57,013 nt of DNA, from positions 1-57,013 of IMG/VR virus record IMGVR_UViG_3300043756_000110, one strand, 5' to 3'. Within the stretch, counting starts at the first letter, position 1. Each line of letters starts with the position of its first letter. A program made the translations under genes and the position numbers. Source of the DNA: a virus (lineage: Duplodnaviria > Caudoviricetes). Under the pieces are notes generated by a model, which saw only the letters and a list, made by a program, of their open reading frames with translations, searched no databases and had not been told where the DNA came from. Positions 46,995-55,441 of this stretch are shown here, piece by piece.

Positions 46995-47570
46995 ATGCCG
47001 TTGATCACGACACTGCCGACGTGGGTCGCGGTCAATGCTGCGGATGACCGTTCGCCGACCGGGTTTGTCGATAAGCGGACGAAGTTGCCGACCTATGGCG
47101 GCGGATTGGATGTCGGCGACTATTTTGATCTGACCGAGCGTGAAGCCAATGATTTGTCGGATGTCAATGTGGGGATCCTGCATTCCGGTCGTTACCGGCG
47201 TGTGCAACTCAATGCGGATGCCGATCCGGGATTTACGGAGATCGGGATGATCGGCTATATGCCTCTCCTGCTGACGCCAAACGTCAATATTGTGACGAGT
47301 GCGGATCAAGGTGTTGCGGGCCGATTCGTTGTGTTTCTGAATCCGATCACGCCGGGAAACTACGGCTTTATCCAAGAAATGGGGGTGGCCATGGTTGCGT
47401 GGAGTGGCAATCCCGCCAATCCTGGCGCAGCCGCTTACATTCAGGGAAACCGTATGGGATCGGTACCACCACCGAATGCTGCGCCTGTTGGCTTTTTGCA
47501 GCAGACCACGTCGGCGGGCGAAATGGGTCTGGTTGCCGTTCTTTTAAATTTCCCGGTCGTTCAGGGGTGA
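46995..47570 (+). CDS. Capsid accessory/decoration protein, paralog 3
   Basis: Same motifs as paralog 1; ends LNFPVVQG. Confidence 0.55.
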   Translation: MPLITTLPTWVAVNAADDRSPTGFVDKRTKLPTYGGGLDVGDYFDLTEREANDLSDVNVGILHSGRYRRVQLNADADPGFTEIGMIGYMPLLLTPNVNIVTSADQGVAGRFVVFLNPITPGNYGFIQEMGVAMVAWSGNPANPGAAAYIQGNRMGSVPPPNAAPVGFLQQTTSAGEMGLVAVLLNFPVVQG

Positions 47571-47573
47571 TCG

Positions 47574-47681
47574 ATGGCACGACACAAGATCGATAAAGGG
47601 CACAAACTGCGGACGATGCGCGACGCCCAGACGAGACGTCATGTTAAGCGAGCTCGAAAGCACCACCGAAGAAAGTACTGA
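47574..47681 (+). CDS. 35-aa basic peptide
   Basis: MARHKIDKGHKLRTMRDAQTRRHVKRARKHHRRKY. Not in the ORF track. Confidence 0.55.
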   Translation: MARHKIDKGHKLRTMRDAQTRRHVKRARKHHRRKY

Positions 47682-47682
47682 T

Positions 47683-47904
47683 ATGGCGAGACGACGTTCA
47701 AAACGCAGAAGTCGAGGCGGTTCCTCACTCGCGGAAGCGCGCGAGCGGATGGAAGAAAAAGGAACGGTCGGCGCATTTGGCAAAGCGACTGAGAAGAAGA
47801 TTGCCAAGGGCAGGCGGTCGAAGAGCGTCAAACAACGACGCCGCGCGACCTTTGCAATGATGGCGAAACGACATTTTAAGCCGCTGCCAGGACGGAGAAA
47901 GTAA
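47683..47904 (+). CDS. 73-aa basic protein
   Basis: MARRRSKRRSRGG..KGTVGAF..QRRRATFA. Confidence 0.6.
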   Translation: MARRRSKRRSRGGSSLAEARERMEEKGTVGAFGKATEKKIAKGRRSKSVKQRRRATFAMMAKRHFKPLPGRRK

Positions 47905-48227
47905 TGCAACTCGAATTTCTAATAGGTTATCCCGACAATGTTGGTCGTCGGCATATCTGGGCTGGACACGGCACGGGGCCGGCCAACTATCAGCAGGCCG
48001 CGAAAGATCCGATTTCGATCCCGAAGTTCCAGTTTTATATCGATGTATTGTTCCCTGCAACAACCGTCAGTGGGACCTACGTTGTCTATGGGATGCCTTC
48101 CGGTGTTGGTCCGCGTCAGGACTGGAAGCTGAAATGGGTTGTCGCCGCAACCGGGGCCGAAGTTGCCAATGGAACCAATCTGTCCGCACAGCAAGTTCAA
48201 CTCGGGGGATTCGGCGGACAATTTTAA
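47904..48227 (+). CDS. Small virion structural protein
   Basis: GPANY..TGAEVANGTNLS, a pattern seen in head-associated proteins. Confidence 0.55.
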   Translation: MQLEFLIGYPDNVGRRHIWAGHGTGPANYQQAAKDPISIPKFQFYIDVLFPATTVSGTYVVYGMPSGVGPRQDWKLKWVVAATGAEVANGTNLSAQQVQLGGFGGQF

Positions 48228-48246
48228 AAGTGGTCAGTAAGCGCTG

Positions 48247-48280
48247 GGCCGCTAGCCGTGAGGCCTGCGGCCTTTTTTTT
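48247..48280 (+). terminator. Intrinsic terminator at the end of the capsid operon
   Basis: GGCCGC..GCC-GTGA-GGC..GCGGCC followed by T8. Confidence 0.75.
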
Positions 48281-48286
48281 AGGTGA

Positions 48287-49510
48287 TTGTGTATGACTTG
48301 GACGACATTTGCTCCCGCTGTGGTCTATGCCCACAATTTTCCAGGTAGAGATGCGGGTGAACAGATCGTTCATGCCATCGGTACGTTGTCACCGACGAGG
48401 GGCGGGATTGTGGATTGTACCGGCCTTGGTGGTGAGCAAACGATCTCGCGCGATATCTTTGCAGGGATCACTGGGCCGGGTGAGCTGCTGCTGGGTGTCA
48501 CCACTTATAAGTTGACCGTACCTCAATTGGTTCCGTCCAACTGGACGATTCGCGGTGTCGGATCGGCGAGCCAGTTTACCTGCGATCGGGATCTTCCATC
48601 GATCTCAGGAATAACACCCGCAGTATCCGCTTTGATCTATGTGAAGAGCAAGTGCTCCGGCGTCACGATCCGCGATCTGACGCTACGGGGGCCTTACACT
48701 TCTGGCGCGGCGGGCACCACCTGCGGCATTTTTCTGAGTGCCGAGACGACTCACTGTGAGGTATTGCGCTGCAAAATCCATAACATGACGAGGAGCGGCA
48801 TCCGCTTGTGGCCGAATTACGGCCAAGTGCTCGAGAGTTTCAAGAGTGCGGGTCATTTGATCGATGGTAATTACACCGAAGGCAATGCCATCAATGGCAT
48901 TGACGTATGGGGGATCAACTGCAGGATCGTCAACAACTATAGCTTTAACGATGCCGTCGCTGCGGACGGCACTGCGAGTATCGAACTGCATAACGGTTCT
49001 AGCGGTTGCTTGCTTCAAGGCAATACGTCGTGGAAATCGAAGAAATCGGGGATCGAACTGACAATTGGTCCGACGGCGAATGTTCAAATTCTCAACAATC
49101 AGATTTTCGATGCTGCCGTAGCCGGGATCGTTGGCGCCCAAGCGTGGTCGCAATTTGCGATCACTGGCAACATGATCGATACGACACGCGGTGGTGACGG
49201 TATTCATGTTGCGGATTGTCTGTGGTTCCGGATCACGGACAATCAAGTGCTTGGTGCAGCCGGTGTCGGCATTGCGCTGAGTGGAACAACGAACAACGCT
49301 ATCCTCTCGCACAATTTCGTCGGCAACTGTTACATGGGCATTGGGATTTGGGAACAAGCCGGGAGGGTTGGAGCGATCTTGGTCACCAATAACCGCACTC
49401 GGCTGGTTAAAGACCACGTCGATTTTGAGAACGCGGCGGAGGGCGACAAGATTTATGTCTATTTGAATGCCTTCGGGGATGAATTCCACGTGGACATTCC
49501 GGGGATCTAA
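48287..49510 (+). CDS. Right-handed beta-helix (pectin-lyase-like) protein, tailspike/depolymerase-like
   Basis: Repeated I.gN...GI ladders. Confidence 0.7.
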   Translation: MCMTWTTFAPAVVYAHNFPGRDAGEQIVHAIGTLSPTRGGIVDCTGLGGEQTISRDIFAGITGPGELLLGVTTYKLTVPQLVPSNWTIRGVGSASQFTCDRDLPSISGITPAVSALIYVKSKCSGVTIRDLTLRGPYTSGAAGTTCGIFLSAETTHCEVLRCKIHNMTRSGIRLWPNYGQVLESFKSAGHLIDGNYTEGNAINGIDVWGINCRIVNNYSFNDAVAADGTASIELHNGSSGCLLQGNTSWKSKKSGIELTIGPTANVQILNNQIFDAAVAGIVGAQAWSQFAITGNMIDTTRGGDGIHVADCLWFRITDNQVLGAAGVGIALSGTTNNAILSHNFVGNCYMGIGIWEQAGRVGAILVTNNRTRLVKDHVDFENAAEGDKIYVYLNAFGDEFHVDIPGI

Positions 49511-49512
49511 CT

Positions 49513-49719
49513 ATGACGGAAGATGAATACAGTGAAGACGACTACTCCGAAGACGACGCGCACGAAGACAATGATAGCGGCGAAGACATCGACGATGACG
49601 GGACGGTGCGGAAAAGGCGTGGACGCCGAATCATTCGCATTAATCAGTACTGGTTACATCGCCCCAAGCTGGCTCGGAAAGGTCGTTCGAAGAATTCGAA
49701 GGTTTTCATCAAAGGGTAA
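49513..49719 (+). CDS. Small bipolar (acidic N-, basic C-terminus) protein
   Basis: Amino-acid composition; position in the operon. Confidence 0.5.
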   Translation: MTEDEYSEDDYSEDDAHEDNDSGEDIDDDGTVRKRRGRRIIRINQYWLHRPKLARKGRSKNSKVFIKG

Positions 49720-49722
49720 GTA

Positions 49723-50811
49723 ATGGCATTTGAAGATCTCTGGTTCGAAATCTCGGGAGAAATGGATGTTCCGGCGCCGTTCGCGCAGACGAAGCTGAAC
49801 GAGGCGCTCGGCCAGATCTACGATGATGAAGAACAGCAGATGTGGAGTTTCCAGCTGAAGGAAGACGGCTGGCTCACGCCGGGATTGATGTTTGCGAGTG
49901 GCTGGCCAGGAGGTTGGAGACGGGAATCGCCATCTTGGATGGTAAGTGACGGCATGATCCACGTCCGACCGTATTCGAACGAAGTGCATGGCGACGAGCG
50001 CGCAGCGAAAGCGTGGCGCGACAAACCGTTTGGCCGACCGTTCCTGACGGAGCTGCAGATCCGGTCACCGTTTTTTAGCTTATACGACATCATTCATTTC
50101 GACGGTGATGATACGTTGATCCTCGATCGCCCATGGATGGAACCGGAACCCTGGGGGCCATTCTGGCGTCCCGGCGAACACTGGCACGATCGACCGCAGC
50201 CCTACATGATTTATCAAGCGTACTTCCCGACGCCGGTTGCGGACTTCAAGAGATTCTTTGAGATTCGCGACACGATGAACGCGGGCCAGATCGATTACTG
50301 GAGTTATTCCCAAAGGGATCTGACCCGTATTGATCCGCAGCGCACGATTTTCGACATGCCGGCCTTTGCCGTGTTTTTCGACTGGGATGAACGTGGCAAA
50401 GGCACGGAATTCGAAAGTGCAACGATCGACCACCCACGTTATGAGCTGTGGCCGAATCCACTCTCCACGATGCCGTACACATTCAGCTATCTACGGCGCG
50501 GTCCGATGCTGGTGTATCCACACGATACGATTCCCGCACCGCTCACGGAGGACATGCTGAAGTGGCGAACGCGCGAAGCGATGTATCTCTACAAAGAATC
50601 GCAGAGGGGTGAGACGCTTCAACGAGGTTCCGGCGCCGATTGGAAGTTTCTCGCACAATCAGCCGCGGCCGAGTATAAAGCGGCACGCAACAGGATCGGC
50701 AAACGGGATGTCGCACTCGTTGATCTCTTCTTCACGCGATTCCGCCGATACCCGAGATCCTGCGAACCTTTCGCAAACATTTTGGGCCAATTGAACGTTG
50801 GAGGTTGGTGA
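49723..50811 (+). CDS. Putative head-tail adaptor / tail tubular-like protein
   Basis: KLNEAL..IY...WSFQ; YELWPNP..YTFSYLR; AAEY. Confidence 0.55.
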   Translation: MAFEDLWFEISGEMDVPAPFAQTKLNEALGQIYDDEEQQMWSFQLKEDGWLTPGLMFASGWPGGWRRESPSWMVSDGMIHVRPYSNEVHGDERAAKAWRDKPFGRPFLTELQIRSPFFSLYDIIHFDGDDTLILDRPWMEPEPWGPFWRPGEHWHDRPQPYMIYQAYFPTPVADFKRFFEIRDTMNAGQIDYWSYSQRDLTRIDPQRTIFDMPAFAVFFDWDERGKGTEFESATIDHPRYELWPNPLSTMPYTFSYLRRGPMLVYPHDTIPAPLTEDMLKWRTREAMYLYKESQRGETLQRGSGADWKFLAQSAAAEYKAARNRIGKRDVALVDLFFTRFRRYPRSCEPFANILGQLNVGGW

Positions 50812-51044
50812 TGAACTGGCTGGAGACCGTTCTACCGAATCATCCCGTTTGGGACACGATCATTCTGTTCTGGATCTTCAGTGCGGCCGTCAATGCGCTG
50901 CCGGTACCAACAGATGAGAGTAGCGGCGCATACAAATGGATCTACACATTCCTGACGACATTGTTGGGTCATGTCAGTGACGCGATGAATCAAAAACATC
51001 AAGCGGAAGCCGAGAAGGCACTGCAAAAGTCTGCATCTAGCTAG
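50805..51044 (+). CDS. Small membrane protein (holin-like)
   Basis: Hydrophobic segments IILFWIFSAAVNALP and YKWIYTFLTTLLG. Confidence 0.45.
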   Translation: MVMNWLETVLPNHPVWDTIILFWIFSAAVNALPVPTDESSGAYKWIYTFLTTLLGHVSDAMNQKHQAEAEKALQKSASS

Positions 51045-51056
51045 TTAAGGAGAACC

Positions 51057-51368
51057 ATGTCAAATCCGTCGCAACAAGCGCAGCAATTAATGTCCACGCT
51101 TTCGGGTCTACTGAAAGAAGCCCAGAACGACCCGGATTCTGTGCAAATCGATATCGGCGAAGCCCGCAAAATGAAGGACCTGCTAACCAACATCATCAGC
51201 GCGCACGACCAGCAAGAGCAAGGCGGCAAAGAGGAGAAAGGCGGAAAACAGTCGAAGTCATTGTCGAAAGAAGAAGATGAGGGCGAAGAGGACAAGGAGT
51301 CCGACGACGAAAAAGAAAATGACGAGGAGAAGGAATCCACTCAAAAAAAAAGTCCTCTTGGCCAGTAA
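51057..51368 (+). CDS. Acidic hypothetical protein
   Basis: RBS TAAGGAG; Glu/Asp-rich tail. Confidence 0.6.
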   Translation: MSNPSQQAQQLMSTLSGLLKEAQNDPDSVQIDIGEARKMKDLLTNIISAHDQQEQGGKEEKGGKQSKSLSKEEDEGEEDKESDDEKENDEEKESTQKKSPLGQ

Positions 51369-51427
51369 AAAAGCCGCCGCAACCACCGGTCAAGCCGCCG
51401 GCGAGGCATAAACGGAAGTGAGGCCAC

Positions 51428-51562
51428 ATGCCCGCAAAATTGGAGAGATGCGTTCGCGATGTGAAAGCCAAGGGTGGTCGCGTCAATCCGTATGCGGTCT
51501 GTGTGGCCTCCACCGGCCTGAAGTTTACCAAGCACGGTAAGAAGAAAAGGAGCCGTAAGTGA
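51428..51562 (+). CDS. 44-aa basic protein
   Basis: RBS GAGG; MPAKLERCVRDVK..NPYAVC..KKKRSRK. Not in the ORF track. Confidence 0.6.
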   Translation: MPAKLERCVRDVKAKGGRVNPYAVCVASTGLKFTKHGKKKRSRK

Positions 51563-54054
51563 CATGGCTGCTCTCCATCATGGCTTTTCTTTTTCTCCAG
51601 ACGCCGCCGCAGCCGGATGTGGAGAAGTATCAAGATTGGTGTATGCAGGGCGGCCAGCAAGTTGTCACGCAGGGACAGAATTCGACGACCCGCGTGCAGC
51701 GGTCCTTTCCGCAATGTCGGATCACCGTTTTTGACCACGGCACCACCAACCGCTCCACGATCTTCTCCAGCGATACGCATACGCCGCTGGGGAATCCCTT
51801 CGACAATCAAGATCGGACCACTGGCCAGTATTACTTCTACGCGGCGCACGGTCGCTACGATGTTCAGATTGCAGCGACAGGTCTGACGACCTTCACACTT
51901 ACCGACATCACTTTAGGCGGCATCAATACGGGTAATGTCACACCACCACCACCTGCAATCAACTGTGGACTAACGACGGTCCCCCCGAACCAGATTGCGA
52001 CTTGCATCCAAATGACGGGAGGGTTGGCTTACCCGCAGTGGTGGGGCGCGAAGGCCGATGGAGTCATCCTGGGCGGTGCAGGCGGCGGTACGGGGTGTAC
52101 CGGAACCGTGGGGTCGGCCACGATTAGCTGCACGGGGGCGAGTTTTGCGGCGGGGGACGTCGGCAAGCGTTTTGACCTCGCTCATGCGGGCACGCCTTCG
52201 TGCGGACCAACCACGTGGGGCCGGAGCGATCTGGTCATGAATTGCGGTCTTGTTGGGACGATTACGGCGGTGACGAATGCGACCACATTAACGTTATCGA
52301 CCCAGGTGTTGAGTGCAGTCGTCAATGAACAGTTCGCCTACGCCTCTTCCGATGACAACGCCGTGCAGCAGGCTATCAACAGTACCGCTCACACCATTGC
52401 GCTCTCGGGCATCTACGGGATTACGGGGCCGGTCAGCGGACAGACCGCCGGAAACGGTATTGTCGCAGGTGTGTTTAAGAATCGTTCCATCGTCGGCTAC
52501 GGTCTAGGCCGCTTGCTCCGGATTGGGCCTATCGCGTGGTCCGGGACAAGTGGTGCCACCCTCTACATCGGGGACGGCAGTGAGAACTTCACCATGCAGA
52601 ACGTGAGCATATGGGGAACCAATGCGCTGGGGGAGCTGAGTCAGTTTGGTGCTGGACACGATTCGGTGGTGATTGGGTTCGGCAATGCGGCGGCGATCCG
52701 CAACATCAGTTTCCTGGACTGTGACTTCTCGCATAACTGGGGCATCGGTCTGCATGCAGGGGGAGGCAATACGGCCGCGAATCTGGGCGTTCGCGGCATG
52801 ATGATTCGGGGCGGTTTCTATAACGGCAACAGCTATGACGGCTTGAATCCCAACATTACCGATGGACTCGTGATCAGTGCTGTCAACGCTAACTACAACG
52901 GGACGGGTGGACTGGAAGCGAACTCGTGGGGATCGATGACCGTAACGGGGAGTGTCTTCGACCATAACAAAGACGGAGGCATGAGTATTGGGGGTGTGGG
53001 TGATCCGACACACGGCAGCGATTGTACTGTGACTGGAAACACATTCGCTGAGAACGGGAATGGCGTGAATAATCCATCTCAAGGATCAACCGTCGGCCAT
53101 GGCGCGATTTTTGGGGAGGGGGTGTGGAATTGCTCGATTACCGGCAACACGTTCCGACACAATCATCTTATCGGACTGCAACTCACCGGCAATCCGAACG
53201 ATCAAAACTTCACCGTTACCGGTAACACGATTAGCTCCAATGGCATTCGTAATGCGACCACGGGCACCATTGGCTTGTACGGCAATTTCTGGCGGGCGCT
53301 GGTTTCCGGCAACACCATTACCGATGAGAACATCGTGGTCATCGAGACCAGCCAACGTACGAGTGGCGTGGTAACGGTCAAGACGTTCTTTCCACACAAC
53401 TTTAATGTGGGAGATGGCGTGAATGTGGATGGCACGCCAAGCGGTATCTTTAATAACCCGACCGCAACGGTGACAAGTGTTCCCTCGGGCAATGTCTTCA
53501 CCTTCGCTCAAGCTGGAGCAGACACGGGAATCGAGAGTGGTGGCTACGCTTCTGGCACCAATCCGGAGTTTTTGCAGTACTACGGCTTGGCCATTCAGCA
53601 CTCCGTTTACAGTCAGTTTGTGAATAATCACATCTACCTGAATTGGGTTGCGAATGTGGCGATGCAGTCGATTTTCACCTATAACAACAGTCTCTTTTCC
53701 AGTGAAACCAACACGCTTGCGAGCAATGACATTCGGATGAATGGTCTCGTTCCGTCAAGTACGGGAATGATGCTGGCGATCCCGGACATCCAAACAACGG
53801 ACATGGCATGTATGACGACGGGTTCGGCCAACTCGACCTGCACCGTGACCATTCACGATAATTTCGGCTCCATGAACCGTGCCGCGCGCTGTACGTTTCG
53901 GGATACGCCTCAGCCGAACGCAGGTTTTCCGATTGTCCTGAAGGTGGTTCCGGCAAACGTGAATGACTTGACGGTCACCATTGGGCACATTGATGGAGGC
54001 GCCGCCGGTGGTGGAACCATCGTCTGCGCGTCGAACTTTTTGTACACCGACTGA
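51559..54054 (+). CDS. Tailspike / receptor-binding beta-helix protein with a hydrophobic N-terminus
   Basis: TPLGNPF..GQYYFYA..GRYDV (virion-binding-type N-domain); WWGAKADG; DDNAVQQAI; VTGNT ladders. Confidence 0.75.
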   Translation: MTWLLSIMAFLFLQTPPQPDVEKYQDWCMQGGQQVVTQGQNSTTRVQRSFPQCRITVFDHGTTNRSTIFSSDTHTPLGNPFDNQDRTTGQYYFYAAHGRYDVQIAATGLTTFTLTDITLGGINTGNVTPPPPAINCGLTTVPPNQIATCIQMTGGLAYPQWWGAKADGVILGGAGGGTGCTGTVGSATISCTGASFAAGDVGKRFDLAHAGTPSCGPTTWGRSDLVMNCGLVGTITAVTNATTLTLSTQVLSAVVNEQFAYASSDDNAVQQAINSTAHTIALSGIYGITGPVSGQTAGNGIVAGVFKNRSIVGYGLGRLLRIGPIAWSGTSGATLYIGDGSENFTMQNVSIWGTNALGELSQFGAGHDSVVIGFGNAAAIRNISFLDCDFSHNWGIGLHAGGGNTAANLGVRGMMIRGGFYNGNSYDGLNPNITDGLVISAVNANYNGTGGLEANSWGSMTVTGSVFDHNKDGGMSIGGVGDPTHGSDCTVTGNTFAENGNGVNNPSQGSTVGHGAIFGEGVWNCSITGNTFRHNHLIGLQLTGNPNDQNFTVTGNTISSNGIRNATTGTIGLYGNFWRALVSGNTITDENIVVIETSQRTSGVVTVKTFFPHNFNVGDGVNVDGTPSGIFNNPTATVTSVPSGNVFTFAQAGADTGIESGGYASGTNPEFLQYYGLAIQHSVYSQFVNNHIYLNWVANVAMQSIFTYNNSLFSSETNTLASNDIRMNGLVPSSTGMMLAIPDIQTTDMACMTTGSANSTCTVTIHDNFGSMNRAARCTFRDTPQPNAGFPIVLKVVPANVNDLTVTIGHIDGGAAGGGTIVCASNFLYTD

Positions 54055-54055
54055 T

Positions 54056-55441
54056 ATGCCGTACTCGTTCATCAAATTGGCCGAGGCCCGCATGGCGTTG
54101 GCGGAGCGTCTCTATGAGGGACGAAAGTCGATGCCCGCGCCGATGCAGTTCCAGAATCCGCTGGAGCTCGATGTCTACATCCGGGAAGCGCTGCAGACCT
54201 TCAACGCCGTTGCCAATTTCTATCGTGAAGAATTCGTCTTTCAAACCGAACCGGATCGAGCGTGGTACGACATCACAACCGAATTTGGAACGCTGCGGCC
54301 ACTGACGACTGGCGACTTTGAGATTCTGCAACAGATCGAATATCACCTTCTCGAACCGTTGTCGGTGGCATACCCGCTCGAATGGGAAGGTTCGCTGCAA
54401 TTCAATTTGGAAAACATTCTGAATGCGATCCAAACGGGCCGCGATAAGACGCTGTCGGAGACCGGCTGTACGGTTAATCAGAGCCTCGTGCCGGCACCAC
54501 CGCAGCGTATCTTTCTCGACGACTCGGTCATGGATATCCGGCGCTTATCCTGGCTTCCGAATAAATTTCAAAAAACTTATACACCGAATGTTGTCTTGCC
54601 GTCGGACTTGTGGGCCACGCAAAGCTTTCAAGCCGGATTTCCGCAGCGCGAGTTCGGAACGCCGCTGATTTATCGCCGCACGTCTGAACCGCCGGTTTCG
54701 ATTGATGTGGACATCACGCCCGCGGTGAATGGTGAATACGATTTGCTCACGACAAACAACGCCGGCGCGTTAGGCCTCGAGCAGACCACGATTCTTCCGA
54801 TTCCGAACGACTGGACATGGGTCGCGAAATACGCAGCGTTGTCGCAGTTGTTCGGCCGGGAGTCGCTCGCGAAAGATCAATTGCGAGAGGACTACTGCGA
54901 CAAGCGGTGGAAGCAAGGCACGGCGATGATGCAGACGGCGCCTGCGGTGCTCGCCGGCCGGATCAACAACGTGCCGGTGATTGTGGACTCGATGTCGAAT
55001 GGCGACTTCTATTTTGCGAATTGGCAGGGAAAGAAACACGGACATCCGCGCTACATCTTCTATTCCGGATTGAATATGCTGGCGCTAGCGCCGATCCCCG
55101 ACAGGGTCTATTCCGTAACCGTTCCCGTCGTTAGGAACATGCCGTTGCCTTTTGATGACAATGACTACCTGCAGATCGGGCGCGACGATTACTTTCCGGT
55201 TCTCGATCTCGCGCAACATCTAGGCATGATCAAAGTCGGAGGCGCGGAACTGACGATCACCTATCCGCTCATGGCGAACTTCCTGAGACATTGTGCGCTG
55301 TACAACTCGAAGCTGAACGCGATGTCGCTCTGGCGAGAGTGGTTGGACAACCGTCCACAAGAAGAAATGCTTAAAGTGAATCCGGTGTTCTCGCCCTCGG
55401 CGGATCCGGTAAAGGCGCAGGGAGGTTCTCAAGGTGGCTGA
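54056..55441 (+). CDS. Putative tail adaptor/tubular protein
   Basis: Start MPYSF; ELDVYIREAL..LALAPIPDRVYSVTV; position before the nozzle-like gene. Confidence 0.5.
   Translation: MPYSFIKLAEARMALAERLYEGRKSMPAPMQFQNPLELDVYIREALQTFNAVANFYREEFVFQTEPDRAWYDITTEFGTLRPLTTGDFEILQQIEYHLLEPLSVAYPLEWEGSLQFNLENILNAIQTGRDKTLSETGCTVNQSLVPAPPQRIFLDDSVMDIRRLSWLPNKFQKTYTPNVVLPSDLWATQSFQAGFPQREFGTPLIYRRTSEPPVSIDVDITPAVNGEYDLLTTNNAGALGLEQTTILPIPNDWTWVAKYAALSQLFGRESLAKDQLREDYCDKRWKQGTAMMQTAPAVLAGRINNVPVIVDSMSNGDFYFANWQGKKHGHPRYIFYSGLNMLALAPIPDRVYSVTVPVVRNMPLPFDDNDYLQIGRDDYFPVLDLAQHLGMIKVGGAELTITYPLMANFLRHCALYNSKLNAMSLWREWLDNRPQEEMLKVNPVFSPSADPVKAQGGSQGG

Noticed and set aside
45850-54054. Diversity-generating retroelement acting on tail or decoration genes
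   Set aside because: No reverse transcriptase and no adenine-specific TR/VR pair were seen; the paralogs diverge at all base types.
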